DNA of 64,000 nucleotides from Thermodesulfobacteriota bacterium. Its GTDB lineage: Bacteria > Desulfobacterota_D > UBA1144 > Nemesobacterales > JAJCZQ01. This document shows positions 37,594 to 50,101 of this stretch, piece after piece. Positions within the stretch are counted from its first letter, which is position 1; every line of letters starts with the position of its first letter. The position numbers and the translations under genes are program-made. Under the pieces are notes generated by a model, which saw only the letters and a list, made by a program, of their open reading frames with translations, ran no database searches and had not been told where the DNA came from. The DNA lies in contig CBDBDR010000017.1 of assembly GCA_965203965.1 (NCBI GenBank), forward strand, positions 96,001-160,000, in the 5' to 3' direction.

Positions 37594-38496
37594 TTACGAC
37601 CTCGGGTGAAATTTCCTGTGAATTTCTCTTAATTTTTTCCCCTCAACGTGCGTGTAAATTTGTGTTGTTGAAATGTCTGCATGTCCAAGAAGCATCTGTA
37701 TTGTTCTCAGATCTGCACCATTCTCAAGAAGGTGAGTTGCATACGAATGTCTTATAGTGTGCGGACTGATGTTTTGTTGTATACCTGCTTTGGTTGCATA
37801 ATTTTTAATGATTTTCCAAAATCCCTGTCTTGTAAAATTTGAACCGCGTCTTGTGATGAAAATGAAGTCTGAGATCTTATTTTTTATCAAATTCGGTCTG
37901 GATAAGGATAAATAATCCTTAATTTTTTTTAAAGACGTCTGACTTATTGGTGCCAGCCTTTCTTTGCTTCCCTTGCCAAATACTACAAGGTATCCATGGT
38001 CCTGGTTTAAACTGCTCAGTGTCAAATTGACAAGCTCAGACACCCTCACACCAGAAGCGTATAGTATTTCTAACATGGCAGAGTCTCTCAATCCTTCAAA
38101 AGTTGAGACGTCAGGGGCATTCAATATTTTCTCAATATCCTCCAGTGACAGCACATCGGGAATGAGTCTTTTCATTTTGGGTGTTATTAAATTTACGGTC
38201 GGATCATTTTGAATAATATTTTCAAGCAATAGGTATTTAAAAAACTGCTTTACGGAAACTATGCAGTGAATAATTGACCTGATACTCAGTCCCTTGATGT
38301 TCAACTCAACCGCAAAATCAGTTAAATGATCAGGTTCTATGTTAGCTATTGAACCTACATTGCTTTTTTTTAGAAAACTAAAAAGTTTTTCAATGTCTGT
38401 TTTGTAGGAATTTATAGTGTTTTCTGATAAACCTCTTATAACTACGAGATATGTCAAGTAAGACTCAAGCGTATCTTCAAAGGTATTACCTGCCAT
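37594..38496 (-). CDS. xerD: Site-specific tyrosine recombinase XerD
   Basis: LRDSAMLEILYASGVRVSEL, GKGSKER, TRQGFWK, SPHTIRHSYATHLL, LLGHADISTTQIY, HPR; housekeeping context. Confidence 0.93.
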   Translation of the reverse strand: MAGNTFEDTLESYLTYLVVIRGLSENTINSYKTDIEKLFSFLKKSNVGSIANIEPDHLTDFAVELNIKGLSIRSIIHCIVSVKQFFKYLLLENIIQNDPTVNLITPKMKRLIPDVLSLEDIEKILNAPDVSTFEGLRDSAMLEILYASGVRVSELVNLTLSSLNQDHGYLVVFGKGSKERLAPISQTSLKKIKDYLSLSRPNLIKNKISDFIFITRRGSNFTRQGFWKIIKNYATKAGIQQNISPHTIRHSYATHLLENGADLRTIQMLLGHADISTTQIYTHVEGKKLREIHRKFHPRS

Positions 38497-38505
38497 ATTT
38501 CAATT

Positions 38506-40948
<2,443 letters not shown>

Positions 40949-41114
40949 AAGATTTCCTTTTTAAGGTTAAGTTTTAAGTAAGTTTGAACAATACGTGTGC
41001 CGATTAAAAAATCAGAGAGAAAATAATATATAACTAATCGGCATAACACAAGATTTATTATTATTTTCATGTATAATCGTCTACTGATCTCAACAAGTGA
41101 ACCTAAACTGAAAC

Positions 41115-41789
41115 ATGAGTAAGTTAATTGCCCCTTCTATCTTAGCAGCAGATCTTACTAAACTTGGAGAAGAGGTGGAAGCTGTTAAAAAAGGAGGAGC
41201 TGACTGGATACACGTTGATGTAATGGATGGGCATTTTGTGCCTAATATAAGTCTTGGAATTCCCACTGTTAGGTCTCTTGCCCAGATTGCTCCTTTGCCT
41301 ATGGACGTTCATTTAATGATTGATAATCCGGGCAAGTTTGTGGAACTGTTCATAGAAGCTGCATCTCCTTGCTGCAAACTCATTACAATACAGGTTGAAA
41401 CCTGTAACACTCTGTATGGCACGATCTCAAAAATTAAGTCTCACGGTGTAATGGCAGGTGTTGCGGTAAACCCAGGAACGCCTTTATATGTGCTTGATGA
41501 GATATTGCCGATGGTAGATCTGGTTTTGGTAATGTCGGTTGAGCCGGGAATGGTTGGCCAGAAATTCATAGAGTCCAGTATTGATAAAATAAAGAGGTTG
41601 AAAAAAATGATTGATACTATGGATAGTGCACAAAAGCCATTGATTGAAGTGGATGGTGGTATTAAGCTGAATAATATCAAAAAAGTTGTAGATGCCGGTG
41701 CTGACGTAATAGTTTCCGGTTCGGGAATATTTGCCACGGAAAACTACGGTAAAACAATAAAAGAGATGAAAAGCATTCTGTCAGGCTAA
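41115..41789 (+). CDS. rpe: Ribulose-phosphate 3-epimerase
   Basis: IAPSILAAD, HVDVMDGHFVPN, DVHLM, VMSVEPG, EVDGG. Confidence 0.96.
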   Translation: MSKLIAPSILAADLTKLGEEVEAVKKGGADWIHVDVMDGHFVPNISLGIPTVRSLAQIAPLPMDVHLMIDNPGKFVELFIEAASPCCKLITIQVETCNTLYGTISKIKSHGVMAGVAVNPGTPLYVLDEILPMVDLVLVMSVEPGMVGQKFIESSIDKIKRLKKMIDTMDSAQKPLIEVDGGIKLNNIKKVVDAGADVIVSGSGIFATENYGKTIKEMKSILSG

Positions 41790-41851
41790 TCCCACAGAGT
41801 TAATTGTGTATCAACTTTTAAGCAATGACTGGGGGAATTTTTGGTTTATGG

Positions 41852-42481
41852 ATGAGTAAATCTAATACATTTGTCAAGGATATTGAAAGATACTTTTTAT
41901 TGCTTGCTGGAAAAGGGCTTATGCTCTCCTCCAAAGATTATTACCTAATTGATGAGTGGATGGACAGAGGATTGTCAAAAGAGCAGGTATTTAATGGTAT
42001 AAGAGATGCTTTTGAGAGCAGAGCAGGGGACAGGGTCAGGAGTATTTATGACTGCAAGGAGCATGTTGAGAGTAATGAAACAAAGTCGTGTAGGTCAGAA
42101 TTGTCAAATAATAACCTACCGGAAATCAGGCTTTATATTGACAGTTTAGTGAAAAATTTTAACAGATTGATAGTTGAAGAAAAATCTGCTGGTCTGTGCA
42201 GTTTGCACAATGAATACAAAGCGGCACTTTGTGAATTGGATGCTTCTGAAAAAAGCACATTTGAAAAAATCAATGAAATTGAAGAACAATATTTTCAGCG
42301 GATTAGAAAATATTTAGAAGAAAGTGAAGATTTAAATTTTTCAGATCAATTAGAGAAATCTATAAATGCACCCAATAATTACATTAATGAAGGATCAAGG
42401 GAAAAGTTGTTGAATGCTTACTTAAAAAATTTAATAATAGAAAAGTATATATACTTTAATCCCTTTGAAGTTGGTAAATAG
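41852..42481 (+). CDS. Hypothetical protein with a DnaD/DnaB_2-like N-terminal motif
   Basis: IERYF...GKGLMLSSKDYYLIDEWMDRG.SKEQVFNGIRDAF...RSI resembles DnaD-like helical domains. Its stop overlaps the start of the downstream ATPase. Confidence 0.6.
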   Translation: MSKSNTFVKDIERYFLLLAGKGLMLSSKDYYLIDEWMDRGLSKEQVFNGIRDAFESRAGDRVRSIYDCKEHVESNETKSCRSELSNNNLPEIRLYIDSLVKNFNRLIVEEKSAGLCSLHNEYKAALCELDASEKSTFEKINEIEEQYFQRIRKYLEESEDLNFSDQLEKSINAPNNYINEGSREKLLNAYLKNLIIEKYIYFNPFEVGK

Positions 42482-43290
42482 TGGAAGCGAAAATCAAGGC
42501 AATTGGTTGTAAAAAATGCCTTCATCAGGGTTATGTTGTTAGTAAACGCGAGGAGTTTTCTCATGCCAGTTTATGTGAGTGTGTGGGTAAATGTACAACC
42601 TGTAATGGTGATGGTGTTGTAAGTTATAAAAATGAAAATAACTATGCTTTATTAAGTTCATGTCCAAACTGTGGTTACCTGAAAAGCAATATAAGAAAAT
42701 ATAATCTTGCAAGAATACCAGCAAAGTTTTCAGAAGTGTTGATGGTAGATACCTATAAACCCAGATCGAAGCATCAGCAAGTGGCACTTAAGTATGTCAA
42801 GGAGACTTTTATAAAAAACTATCCTAACCATAGGGGTTATGCTTTGATGGGAAATCCGGGAGTCGGTAAGACTCACCTTGTAATTGGCACTATCGCGGAA
42901 CTTACTATAGAGAGGGGTGTAAGCTGCTTGTTCAAGGATTTTTTTCTGCTTTTATCCGAGATTAAGCAGGCTTATTCAGAAGGTATATCAGAAACGGAGA
43001 TACTCCGTCCCTTATTGGATATAGAAGTGCTTGTGATAGATGAAATGGGCAAAGGCAAGAGCAATGAATGGGAACTGAATATTTTAGATCAGTTGATCTC
43101 CAACAGATATAACTCGTCCAAAAAAACTTTGATCACAACCAATTTCCTATCCGAGGAGCACACGGGGAAAAGTTATTCAAGCACCGAGTTGTTAGAGGAA
43201 AGAATAGGGGAGCGTATATTTTCCAGACTTAGTGAGATGTGCGACTTTATCTATATTGAAGGGGATGATTACAGGAAATTGGTGGACTAA
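42481..43290 (+). CDS. DnaC/DnaI/IstB-like AAA+ ATPase with an N-terminal Cys-rich zinc module
   Basis: CKKC/CEC/CTTC/CPNC, Walker A GNPGVGKTHL, Walker B VLVIDEMG, ITTN, RIFSRL, DYR. Confidence 0.88.
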   Translation: MEAKIKAIGCKKCLHQGYVVSKREEFSHASLCECVGKCTTCNGDGVVSYKNENNYALLSSCPNCGYLKSNIRKYNLARIPAKFSEVLMVDTYKPRSKHQQVALKYVKETFIKNYPNHRGYALMGNPGVGKTHLVIGTIAELTIERGVSCLFKDFFLLLSEIKQAYSEGISETEILRPLLDIEVLVIDEMGKGKSNEWELNILDQLISNRYNSSKKTLITTNFLSEEHTGKSYSSTELLEERIGERIFSRLSEMCDFIYIEGDDYRKLVD

Positions 43291-44321
43291 CTGAATTTCC
43301 AATACTTGGAGTAACTGCTTAAAACTCCTTCAACTACAAACTCGGTGCTTGGTGAGGTGTCTGTGATAATAATGTCAGTTTTGTTAATATCCAGAAGTTC
43401 TTTAAAAACAAAACTGCTTATAGCTGCAAGACCCTGAATATTGTAGCCCCCCTCAAGCACCAGCGCCAATTTTCCGTCTGAATGTTTCTCTGCAGCATTC
43501 ATTGCATATCTTGTAAGTTGTGAGAAGCCATTTTCGGTTATTTGCATTCCCCCGAGAGGGTCAGCATGATAAGCATCAAAACCGGCTGAAACCAGTATAA
43601 ATTCGGGATTGAATTGCTCAATTATGGGCGTTAGAATAAGGTCAAGTAAGTGGTTGTAGTCTCCATCTTCGAGCATCGGTGGCGCGGGAATATTTACCGT
43701 AAATCCCTCACCATCTTCAATACCAATCTCGTTTAAGCTCCCTGTGCCCGGGTAAAATGGAAATTGATGTATGGATGCAAACAGAACATCCGGACTTTTA
43801 TAAAATATGTGTTGAGTGCCATTTCCATGATGAACGTCCCAATCAAGGATTAATACCTTTTTTATTCCCCGTGAAAGTAGGTGTGCTGCTCCAATAGCCA
43901 CGTGATTAAAAAAGCAAAAGCCCATAGCCCTATCAGCCTCAGCATGATGACCCGGCGGCCTAATTAGCGCAAAAACAGTATCCAGTTCGTTGCTCAATAC
44001 TTTATCCAATCCTGATATGAAACCACCGGTGCCTCTTAACGCTGCCTCGTATGTATAGGGGTTAGAAGAGGTGTCCGGGTCAAACCTGTGTGTTTCCATG
44101 CCCTTTGTTGTTTTTACTGAATTATAGTAAGGCTCGGAATGAACACGCAATATCTGCTCTTGGGTTGCGTCGACCGGGTTTATGATCTCCAGATTTGATA
44201 TAAGCCCAGAATCTTCAAGCATGTTATATATAGATTCAAGACGTTCAGGACACTCAGGATGCTGAAAACCATTTACATGTTTCAAGAACAACTCATCTTT
44301 TACAATTCCTACACGTTTCAT
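43287..44321 (-). CDS. Zn-dependent histone deacetylase-family amidohydrolase
   Basis: HPECPERL, RPPGHHA, GFCFFN, DWDVHHGNGTQ, SAGFDA..DPLG, LEGGY. ATG 44321 overlaps the folC stop (ATGA). Confidence 0.95.
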   Translation of the reverse strand: MKRVGIVKDELFLKHVNGFQHPECPERLESIYNMLEDSGLISNLEIINPVDATQEQILRVHSEPYYNSVKTTKGMETHRFDPDTSSNPYTYEAALRGTGGFISGLDKVLSNELDTVFALIRPPGHHAEADRAMGFCFFNHVAIGAAHLLSRGIKKVLILDWDVHHGNGTQHIFYKSPDVLFASIHQFPFYPGTGSLNEIGIEDGEGFTVNIPAPPMLEDGDYNHLLDLILTPIIEQFNPEFILVSAGFDAYHADPLGGMQITENGFSQLTRYAMNAAEKHSDGKLALVLEGGYNIQGLAAISSFVFKELLDINKTDIIITDTSPSTEFVVEGVLSSYSKYWKFS

Positions 44322-45565
44322 TTTGCTAATTGTTTGGCCAATCCGATAAGGTAAATGGATCCTGTGATGCACGTGGGCATATTTAAACTTTTAACATATT
44401 TTAGCGCTTTTTTGTAATCTTGGATCATTTCAGTGTTGTCCACAAAGAGCTTTGACATCTTGAAAAGCGTTTCAGCATCAGTGCCTCTTTCATTGGGAAT
44501 TGTCGTTACAACAACTTTGCTGGCTTTACGCGAGATTGTCGCAATAAATTCTTTATGGTCTTTGTCATTCAGCATACCGAGGAGAAAAACGTATTTACTT
44601 CGCGGTTTAAGTTCATGCAAATTGTTGACGAGTGCTTGTGCAGAACCAATGTTGTGGGCACAGTCCAGTATCGTAAGGGGATTTCCATTAACTATTTCAA
44701 ACCTGCCTTCCAATCTTACCGAACTCAGCGGTTTGTTGATACTTCTAATATCTATTTTTATCTTATGCTTCGCGTCTATCAATTCACATACAGCAACAGC
44801 TATTGCTGTATTAGCCATCTGGTGTGTTCCGACAAGTCCAGACACCAGGTTTTCTACCCGTTTGTAGATCCCATAGTAGTTAAACTTTCCGTTTCCTGTC
44901 TTTTCGTAATTAAAGTCCCTATCAATAGAAAACAGATCAGAGCCAACTTCTTTGGCTTTATTGATCATTGTTTTTTGAGCTTTTCCCGTAACTCCCGATA
45001 CTACCGGGACTTTTTCTTTTATAATTTCCGCTTTTTCTCTTGCAATAAGCTCGGTTGTGTTTCCAAGGTGATTTACGTGATCAATTGATATGTTTGTTAT
45101 TACCGATACAAGAGGGGTAATGACATTTGTTGCATCCCATCGTCCACCCATGCCGACCTCTAGAATACCTATATCAATTTTCTGTCTCTCAAAATATAAA
45201 AATGCACAAACGGTAACCAACTCAAAATAGCTGAGCTTTACAGATGTCTTCGTGCACGTGTTAAAAATGACCTCCAATGTTTCATTAAGTTCCGCTTGAG
45301 AGATATTTTTGTTGTCAATTTTTATTCTTTCAGTAACGGAAATCAGGTGAGGGGAGGTATATAATCCTGTTTTATAGCGGTTGGAAGTTAAAATTTCAGA
45401 CAAAATTGAAGCCACAGAACCTTTGCCGTTTGTTCCTGCTATCAGGATGTATTTGATTTTGTCCTGTGGATTTACAAGGTAGTTAAGAACTCTGGTAATT
45501 CTTTCGAGCCCGGGTTTTATATCAAAGAAGCCGGTTGCTTTGAGCCTGTTTATATTGTGGTGCAT
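44318..45565 (-). CDS. folC: Folylpolyglutamate/dihydrofolate synthase
   Basis: AGTNGKGS, YTSPHL, EVGMGGRWDATN, IDH, LDCAHN. Confidence 0.95.
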   Translation of the reverse strand: MHHNINRLKATGFFDIKPGLERITRVLNYLVNPQDKIKYILIAGTNGKGSVASILSEILTSNRYKTGLYTSPHLISVTERIKIDNKNISQAELNETLEVIFNTCTKTSVKLSYFELVTVCAFLYFERQKIDIGILEVGMGGRWDATNVITPLVSVITNISIDHVNHLGNTTELIAREKAEIIKEKVPVVSGVTGKAQKTMINKAKEVGSDLFSIDRDFNYEKTGNGKFNYYGIYKRVENLVSGLVGTHQMANTAIAVAVCELIDAKHKIKIDIRSINKPLSSVRLEGRFEIVNGNPLTILDCAHNIGSAQALVNNLHELKPRSKYVFLLGMLNDKDHKEFIATISRKASKVVVTTIPNERGTDAETLFKMSKLFVDNTEMIQDYKKALKYVKSLNMPTCITGSIYLIGLAKQLAK

Positions 45566-45833
45566 TCACATAGACTATGACTGTTTGGTTTGTGTGTAAT
45601 ATATTTATCTAAACTGTTAGTAATTTGTAGGGAAACAACTCCCTGTTTATCATCAGGCGATGAGTAGTTTCAATGCTTTTTTCATAAAAGCTTGTGTATG
45701 TGATCCGAGACTGAAAATTATTGTAACTCCAAAGGTATTGAGAGACAAATTGTATTGTTCAAGACTTTAGGAACAAAATCTCTAATTATCACCCTAAAAC
45801 TTGAATTATGGACTGGAAGTTCAGTTGATAGGA

Positions 45834-46211
45834 TTAATCCTCAACTAAAACCACTGCGACCGAGTAGTTTCTTTCATGTGAGATAGACGTGTGTACTTTA
45901 TTTATGCCTTTTTGTTCTGCAAAGAATTTAGTTTTTCCAAGTAGCTCTGTGTATGGTTTTCCAAGGTCATCACGCTTGACCTGTATATCGTGAAAATTAA
46001 TGCCGTTCCTAAACCCTGTTCCCAGTGCTTTTACGGCGGCTTCTTTAACTGCATAGTTTGCGGCGTATCTTTGAATTTTCTGACCACGCCTGTCGATAAG
46101 TTCAAGTTCTATGCCAGTGAATATTCTGGCAAGAAATTTCTCTCCCCATTTCTCAATTATCCTTTGTATCCTGCAATTCTGAACTATGTCTATGCCTAAT
46201 CCTAAAACCAT
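45834..46211 (-). CDS. acpS: Holo-ACP synthase
   Basis: GLGIDIV, AVKEAAVKALGTG, GKP, SISHE. Confidence 0.95.
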   Translation of the reverse strand: MVLGLGIDIVQNCRIQRIIEKWGEKFLARIFTGIELELIDRRGQKIQRYAANYAVKEAAVKALGTGFRNGINFHDIQVKRDDLGKPYTELLGKTKFFAEQKGINKVHTSISHERNYSVAVVLVED

Positions 46212-46218
46212 TTTTTTA

Positions 46219-46935
46219 TTACCAATCTATAAGTCCAACCATATCTCTAACGGCTGTTTCTATACCCACAAGTACTGATCTTGATACAATGCTGTGACCT
46301 ATGTTCAACTCTTCTATGCCTTTTATTGTAGCGACTTCCCTTACGTTGTGATAATTCAGCCCATGTCCCGCGGAAACTTTTAATCCGAGTTCCATCGCAT
46401 AGCTCACAGCACGTTCAACTTTTGTCAACTCTCTTTGTCTTGATCTTTCACTTTTAGCATTTGCATAAAGTCCCGTATGTATCTCAATCATGTTTGCCCG
46501 TGTTTGCAGTGATTTTTCAATCTGCTCTTTTTCAGGGTCAATGAACAGGCTTACGAATATTTCGGATTTTTTCAGTTTGGTGACAGTTTCTTGTATATTT
46601 TTGAAATTTCCAATGACATCCAATCCGCCTTCAGTTGTTAGCTCTTTTCTTTTTTCAGGAACAATAGTTGCCATATCGGGTTTGATCTCCGTAGCAATTT
46701 TAACCATCTCACTGGTGGCTGCCATCTCCATGTTGAGCTTAGTTTGAACGCACTTTCTCAATATTTCCAGATCACGCTCTTGTGCATGTCGCCTGTCTTC
46801 TCTCAGATGTACCACAATACCGCTTGCCCCGGCAAGTTCTGATATAATGGCAGCGGCCGCCGGGTCAGGTTCAATGCCACCTCTTGCCTGTCTTAAAGTG
46901 GCAACGTGGTCAATATTTACATTTAATCGTGGCAT
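46219..46935 (-). CDS. pdxJ: Pyridoxine 5'-phosphate synthase
   Basis: [40 protein letters not shown]. Confidence 0.97.
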   Translation of the reverse strand: MPRLNVNIDHVATLRQARGGIEPDPAAAAIISELAGASGIVVHLREDRRHAQERDLEILRKCVQTKLNMEMAATSEMVKIATEIKPDMATIVPEKRKELTTEGGLDVIGNFKNIQETVTKLKKSEIFVSLFIDPEKEQIEKSLQTRANMIEIHTGLYANAKSERSRQRELTKVERAVSYAMELGLKVSAGHGLNYHNVREVATIKGIEELNIGHSIVSRSVLVGIETAVRDMVGLIDW

Positions 46936-46937
46936 AT

Positions 46938-48314
46938 CTATAAACCTATCTCTTTATCCATAAGATCATGTATATCATTGGCAACGCTGTTTATGTTGAA
47001 TTCATCATCGCCTTCAACCATTATTCGTGCAAGTGGTTCCGTGCCTGAATACCTGATATAAATTCTTCCCCTATCTCCCAATTTATTCTCGTAATTATTA
47101 ACCATATTTTCCAATCCTGGCACCTGATTAAAAGGAGGTTTTGTAGATATTTTTACGTTTTTTAAAACTTGCGGGAACATCTCTATCTTACTCGTAAAAT
47201 ACGATAGGGGTTTTTCAAGTCTTTTCATAATGGCAAGTACCTGCAATGATGCCAAAATTCCATCACCGGTCGTGATATGGTCAAGAAATATAATATGACC
47301 TGATTGTTCACCTCCAAGGTTTATTCCTTTTTCTCTCATTAATTCCACTACATACCTGTCTCCAACGTTGGCGCGGTGGAGCTTTACACCTCTTTTTTTC
47401 AAAAAAAGCTCAAACCCTGTGTTGCTCATTAAAGTTGTAACAATTTCTTTTTTCTTCAATTGTCCTCTGCTAATCATCTCTTCAGTGCAGATCGCAAGTA
47501 TATTGTCCCCGTTAATGATATTTCCTTTCTCGTCCGATATTATGACCCTGTCGGCGTCACCATCCAGAGCAATTCCAATATCAGCATTGTTTTCCAACAC
47601 ATTTTTTGTCAGTAATTCAGGGTTCAAACTTCCACAATTGGTGTTGATGTTCATACCATTTGGCTTAACACCAATAGTTATCACTTTGGCACCTAACTCC
47701 CTGTATACTGCGGGGGCAACCTTGTAAGCTGCTCCATTGGCACAATCCAGAACTATTTTTACGCCCTCAAGACTAGCATTGTCCGGAAAAGTTTTTTTCA
47801 CAAATACAATGTATCTTCCCGTGGAGTCGTTTATTCTTATTGCTTTTCCAATTTTATTACTTGACCCAGTCAGTTTTTTTTCTAGGTCAAGCGTCATCCT
47901 TTCAATTTTCAACTCTTTTTCATCTGCAAGTTTAAAGCCATTTCTGTCAAATATTTTTATTCCGTTATCCATGTAGGGGTTATGCGAAGCTGATATTACA
48001 ATTCCGGCGTCTGCTCTCATGTTTTTGGTTAGGAATGCTATTGCGGGAGTGGGTAATGGTCCGACGAAGTAAACATCAACTCCCATTGATACAAGTCCTG
48101 AAGATATTGCCTGCTCAAAGATATAACCTGATATTCTTGTATCCTTACCCAGTATTACTTTGGGAGCAGATGACTTATCTTGACTTGTAATAACATACCC
48201 GAGTGCTTTCCCAAGGTTCAGTGCAATTTCCGGGACCATGGGGTATTGATTTGCAACACCACGTATGCCGTCAGTACCAAATAGTTTTTTTGAAACGGAT
48301 GATTTATTTACCAA
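46938..48314 (-). CDS. glmM: Phosphoglucosamine mutase
   Basis: [42 protein letters not shown]. Confidence 0.97.
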   Translation of the reverse strand: MVNKSSVSKKLFGTDGIRGVANQYPMVPEIALNLGKALGYVITSQDKSSAPKVILGKDTRISGYIFEQAISSGLVSMGVDVYFVGPLPTPAIAFLTKNMRADAGIVISASHNPYMDNGIKIFDRNGFKLADEKELKIERMTLDLEKKLTGSSNKIGKAIRINDSTGRYIVFVKKTFPDNASLEGVKIVLDCANGAAYKVAPAVYRELGAKVITIGVKPNGMNINTNCGSLNPELLTKNVLENNADIGIALDGDADRVIISDEKGNIINGDNILAICTEEMISRGQLKKKEIVTTLMSNTGFELFLKKRGVKLHRANVGDRYVVELMREKGINLGGEQSGHIIFLDHITTGDGILASLQVLAIMKRLEKPLSYFTSKIEMFPQVLKNVKISTKPPFNQVPGLENMVNNYENKLGDRGRIYIRYSGTEPLARIMVEGDDEFNINSVANDIHDLMDKEIGL

Positions 48315-49281
48315 TTGAGTTGATTTTTACTTTGACCTTTTCGGGTGTTATTTTGGTTAAATTTAAACTATTAGAGTTTGGATAGTCAACCTTTACCGTG
48401 AGTTCATGTTCACCTTTATTAGGTTTTTTCAAATCCCCCGCATCAATGTAAACAGATATATCTTCACTGTTGAGTTTGTTTACAAGACTGTATGTTCCGT
48501 CAAATACTAAAATTGCCTTGATCTTATCCGATGTCGTGTAGTCAAGTTTGTCAAAATTCTTAAATGAGATATCCAAGTCTTTAAACTCTTTTTTAAGAGT
48601 ATCTTCTTTGATATTTACTGTTACCTTGACAAGGTTGCTGCTCTCTATGCTTATTAGATTATTTGGTAGTTCTATTGGAGCCTCAATGGAGAAATTGGTC
48701 TTTTCTCCTTTCAGGCTTATCAGACTTGTATAAACGGTCTTGTATTTTCTTATAAGGTTTCGGGGTCCTTTTATCTTAACTCTAGTTGGTGAGAATTTTG
48801 GTTCTCCTTCAACTAAGTATCCTTTATCGGGTCGCCCCAGCAACGGGATAACTGCTATGTTTTTAGTTGAAAGCCTGTCAATCTCTATTGAAATTTCCGA
48901 GGGGCTTACGCTTGTGACTTTGATTTTTCGTGGAAGATTCATGTTCTCGGGCTGAAACTGAATATTTGACACACCTGTTTTAAAGTCCGAAAGATCGTAT
49001 GATATAACTGAGCTTGAGTTATCAAAAGAAAAAATTTCATAGCGTGGACCTTTAATGTTGATATTGATTTCGTCTGGTAGGTTGTTAGTGATTATTAAAC
49101 CCTGAGGCAGGTTTGTATATTTCACTGGAATGTAGAGTTTTTTTTCTATGTCAAATTCCAGATTTGTCGCAAACCAGAGCATGATGGCAATTATAAGTGC
49201 AATTATCTTCTTGCCATAGTCCTTGAAAAAAAGGTTGTTGTTATAAAATTTTTTCAGGTTGTAATTAGACTCTTTAGACAT
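48304..49281 (-). CDS. cdaR: CdaR/YbbR-domain protein
   Basis: N-terminal TM helix (KIIALIIAIMLWF) and YbbR-like repeats (P..V.I.GP); lies between cdaA and glmM. Confidence 0.85.
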   Translation of the reverse strand: MSKESNYNLKKFYNNNLFFKDYGKKIIALIIAIMLWFATNLEFDIEKKLYIPVKYTNLPQGLIITNNLPDEININIKGPRYEIFSFDNSSSVISYDLSDFKTGVSNIQFQPENMNLPRKIKVTSVSPSEISIEIDRLSTKNIAVIPLLGRPDKGYLVEGEPKFSPTRVKIKGPRNLIRKYKTVYTSLISLKGEKTNFSIEAPIELPNNLISIESSNLVKVTVNIKEDTLKKEFKDLDISFKNFDKLDYTTSDKIKAILVFDGTYSLVNKLNSEDISVYIDAGDLKKPNKGEHELTVKVDYPNSNSLNLTKITPEKVKVKINSIGK

Positions 49282-49299
49282 TTTACTACTTTATTGATT

Positions 49300-50088
49300 C
49301 TAGTTGATACCATTTATCTTTTTTTGTGGAGGTTTTACGTTAAGCAAATCTACCAGATAATTGTAAAGTGATGATGCATCAAGTTTGTTTTTTATTTCCC
49401 CCTGAATTGCAAGTGATATAAGACCTGTTTCTTCTGATACTATGATCACGACGGCATCAGTTTCAGAAGATAACCCAATTGCAGCCCTGTGTCGTGTTCC
49501 AAGTCTCCTATTCAGATCCGGGTCAGTTGCCAACGGGAAGAATGATCCAGCAGAAAGAATTTTGTCCCCAGCAATAACAATTCCCCCGTCGTGTAGAGGA
49601 GATGAGGGGTTAAATATGCTTATTATAAGCTCTCTGGAAATATGAGAGTCAAGTTTCATACCAAGCTCCACAAAATCTTCCAAACTAATGTTTCTCTCAA
49701 TTGCTATGATTGCACCAATTTTTTTACTTGCCAGATATGAAGATGCCTTTACCAGTTCATCTATGGTTTGTTCCTCTGATAATACCCTGCTAAACTTAAG
49801 TAAAAGAGGTTTTTTCCCAATATCTACCAGAGCTTTTCTTATGTCATTCTGAAAGAGTATTACAACTATGACAATGATAGACCCCAAAAAATTACTCAAA
49901 ACCCAGTTCAAGGCAAAGAGTCCCGTGCTTTGGGACAAGAAGAACATCATAATTAGAATCACCAGTCCAAACAACATCTGGGCTGCTCTTGTTCCCTCTA
50001 TAAATTTTAGAACGTAATAAACTATCAGTGCAACGAGCAGTATATCCAGAGTGTCCCAGATGTACCTGAAATTTAATATAGATTGCAA
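49300..50088 (-). CDS. cdaA: Diadenylate cyclase CdaA
   Basis: Three N-terminal TMs, FQNDIRKAL, SPLHDGG, LGTRHRAAIG, VSEETG. Confidence 0.95.
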   Translation of the reverse strand: MQSILNFRYIWDTLDILLVALIVYYVLKFIEGTRAAQMLFGLVILIMMFFLSQSTGLFALNWVLSNFLGSIIVIVVILFQNDIRKALVDIGKKPLLLKFSRVLSEEQTIDELVKASSYLASKKIGAIIAIERNISLEDFVELGMKLDSHISRELIISIFNPSSPLHDGGIVIAGDKILSAGSFFPLATDPDLNRRLGTRHRAAIGLSSETDAVVIIVSEETGLISLAIQGEIKNKLDASSLYNYLVDLLNVKPPQKKINGIN

Positions 50089-50101
50089 TTTTTATCTTCC
50101 G

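Noticed and set aside
37594..38496. Tyrosine recombinase as a prophage or island integrase
   Set aside because: The motifs (TRQGFWK, HPR end) and the ahcY-xerD-S2P-scpAB context indicate housekeeping XerD.
42481..43290. IS21 IstB helper ATPase
   Set aside because: There is no adjacent IstA transposase or IS ends, and it has a Cys-rich N-terminus typical of DnaC/DnaI-like loaders.
45566..45833. Possible riboswitch or sRNA in the 268-bp folC-acpS gap (GGCGATG suggestive of a fluoride riboswitch)
   Set aside because: The complementary pseudoknot and stem elements are absent and no fluoride-related gene follows; an Rfam scan would be needed.
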